From Nemertoderma westbladi (lineage: Eukaryota; Animalia; Xenacoelomorpha): a stretch of DNA of 49,617 nt. The number at the start of each line of letters is the position of its first letter. Within the stretch, counting starts at the first letter, position 1. Shown in pieces: positions 46,427-49,617 of this stretch. The position numbers and the translations under genes are program-made. The stretch is taken from contig JAUCBJ010007764.1 of assembly GCA_032718475.1 (NCBI GenBank), positions 1 to 49,617 on the forward strand, read 5' to 3'. The notes under the pieces are model-generated. The model was not told the origin of the DNA, searched no databases, and worked only from the letters and a program-made list of their open reading frames with translations.

Positions 46427-49400
46427 TGATTAAATAAACACCACGATCACACAATGTTTGTCTACCTACCCACTTGTATGATTAAATAAACGCCACGATC
46501 ACACAATGTTTGTCTACCTACCCACTTGTATGATTAAATAAACACCACGATCACACAATGTTTGTCTACCTGCCCACTTGTATGATTAAATAAACGCCAC
46601 GATCACACAATGTTTGTCTACCCACTTGTATGATTAAATAAACGCCACGATCACACAATGTTTGTCTACCTACCCACTTGTATGATTAAATAAACGCCAC
46701 GATCACACAATGTTTGTCTACATACCCACTTGTATGATTAAATAAACGCCACGATCACACAATGTTTGTCTACCCACTTGTATGATTAAATAAACGCCAC
46801 GATCACACAATGTTTGTCTACCTACCCACTTGTATGATTAAATAAACGCCACGATCACACAATGTTTGTCTACCTACCCACTTGTATGATTAAATAAACG
46901 CCACGATCACACAATGTTTGTCTACCTACCCACTTGTATGATTAAATAAACGCCACGATCACACAATGTTTGTTATCCCACTTGTATGATTAAATAAACG
47001 CCACGATCACACAATGTTTGTCTACCTACCCACTTGTATGATTAAATAAACGCCACGATCACACAATGTTTGTCCACCCACTTGTATGATTAAATAAACG
47101 CCACGATCACACAATGTTTGTCTACCTACCCACTTGTATGATTAAATAAACGCCACGATCACACAATGTTTGTCCACCCACTTGTATGATTAAATAAACG
47201 CCACGATCACACAATGTTTGTCTACCTACCCACTTGTATGATTAAATAAACGACACGATCACACAATGTTTGTCTACCTACCCACTTGTATGATTAAATA
47301 AACGCCACGATCACACAATGTTTGTCTACCCACCCACTTGTATGATTAAATAAACGCCACGATCACACAATTTTTGTTATCCCACTTATGATTAAATAAA
47401 CGCCACGATCACACAATGTTTGTCTACCTACCCACTTGTATGATTAAATAAACGCCACGATCACACAATGTTTGTCTACCTACCCACTTGTATGATTAAA
47501 TAAACGCCACGATCACACAATGTTTGTCTACCTACCCACTTGTATGATTAAATAAACGCCACGATCACACAATGTTTGTCCACCCACTTGTATGATTAAA
47601 TAAACGCCACGATCACACAATGTTTGTCTACCTACCCACTTGTATGATTAAATAAACGCCACGATCACACAATGTTTGTCTACCTACCCACTTGTATGAT
47701 TAAATAAACGCCACGATCACACAATGTTTGTCTACCTACCCACTTGTATGATTAAATAAACGCCACGATCACACAATGTTTGTCCACCCACTTGTATGAT
47801 TAAATAAACGCCACGATCACACAATGTTTGTCTACCTACCCACTTGCATGATTAAATAAACGCCATGATCACACAATGTTTGTCTACCTACCCACTTGTA
47901 TGATTAAATAAACGCCACGATCACACAATGTTTGTCTACCTACCCACTTGTATGATTAAATAAACGCCACGATCACACAATGTTTGTCTACCTACCCACT
48001 TGTATGATTAAATAAACGCCACGATCACACAATGTTTGTCCACCCACTTGTATGATTAAATAAACGCCACGATCACACAATGTTTGTCTACCTACCCACT
48101 TGCATGATTAAATAAACGCCATGATCACACAATGTTTGTCTACCTACCCACTTGTATGATTAAATAAACGCCACGATCACACAATGTTTGTCTACCCACT
48201 TGTATGATTAAATAAACGCCACGATCACACAATGTTTGTCTACCTACCCACTTGCATGATTAAATAAACGCCATGATCACACAATGTTTGTCTACCTACC
48301 CACTTGCATGATTAAATAAACGCCATGATCACACAATGTTTGTCTACCTACCCACTTGTATGATTAAATAAACGCCACGATCACACAATGTTTGTCTACC
48401 CACTTGTATGATTAAATAAACGCCACGATCACACAATGTTTGTCTACCTACTTGTATGATTAAATAAACGCCACGATCACACAATGTTTGTCTACCTACC
48501 CACTTGTATGATTAAATAAACGCCACGATCACACAATGTTTGTCTACCTACCCACTTGTATGATTAAATAAACGCCACGATCACACAATGTTTGTCTACC
48601 CACTTGTATGATTAAATAAACGCCACGATCACACAATGTTTGTCTACCTACTTGTATGATTAAATAAACGCCACGATCACACAATGTTTGTCTACCTACC
48701 CACTTGTATGATTAAATAAACGCCACGATCACACAATGTTTGTTATCCCACTTATGATTAAATAAACGCCACGATCACACAATGTTTGTCTACCTACCCA
48801 CTTGTATGATTAAATAAACGCCATGATCACACAATGTTTGTCTACCTACCCACTTGTATGATTAAATAAACGCCACGATCACACAATGTTTGTCTACCCA
48901 CTTGTATGATTAAATAAACGCCACGATCACACAATGTTTGTCTACCTACCCACTTGCATGATTAAATAAACGCCATGATCACACAATGTTTGTCTACCTA
49001 CCCACTTGTATGATTAAATAAACGCCACGATCACACAATGTTTGTCTACCCACTTGTATGATTAAATAAACGCCACGATCACACAATGTTTGTCTACCTA
49101 CTTGTATGATTAAATAAACGCCACGATCACACAATGTTTGTCTACCTACCCACTTGTATGATTAAATAAACGCCACGATCACACAATGTTTGTTATCCCA
49201 CTTATGATTAAATAAACGCCACGATCACACAATGTTTGTCTACCTACCCACTTGTATGATTAAATAAACGCCACGATCACACAATGTTTGTCTACCTACC
49301 CACTTGTATGATTAAATAAACGCCACGATCACACAATGTTTGTCTACCTACCCACTTGTATGATTAAATAAACGCCACGATCACACAATGTTTGTCTACC

Positions 49401-49617
49401 TACCCACTTGTATGATTAAATAAACGCCACGATCACACAATGTTTGTCTACCTACCCACTTGTATGATTAAATAAACGCCACGATCACACAATGTTTGTT
49501 ATCCCACTTATGATTAAATAAACGCCACGATCACACAATGTTTGTCTACCTACCCACTTGTATAATTAAATAAACGCCACGATCACACAATGTTTGTCTA
49601 CGTACCCACTTGTATGA
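46427..49617. repeat. 52-bp satellite running off the window end
   Basis: Unit TGATTAAATAAACGCCACGATCACACAATGTTTGTCTACCTACCCACTTGTA with shorter deletion variants, more than 60 copies. Confidence 0.99.

Overview
Repeat-rich, AT-rich invertebrate (metazoan) genomic DNA. There are no prokaryotic features and no CRISPR array. Five host genes are supported: an intronless CYP2-clan cytochrome P450 (-), NFS1 cysteine desulfurase (-, two exons), a two-exon C2H2 zinc-finger gene (-) whose first exon carries a motif resembling the N-terminal helical segment of PDE5/10/11 phosphodiesterases, intronless PUS7 (+), and an intronless ACAD9-like gene that appears to lack its catalytic residue (+). The rest is nested transposon debris and tandem repeats. 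Retroelements: two nested CsRn1-type Ty3/Gypsy elements (one with a GGGAAAC -1 frameshift cassette), a Gypsy pol interrupted by an internally deleted LINE, tRNA-derived SINEs, and Penelope and LINE fragments. DNA elements: an IS3EU-like transposon with hairpin-repeat arrays, foldback and MITE palindromes, and Helentron-like elements. Tandem arrays: a C/T-rich minisatellite, a 20-bp satellite and a 52-bp satellite. All family assignments come from motif recognition by eye, not from database searches.
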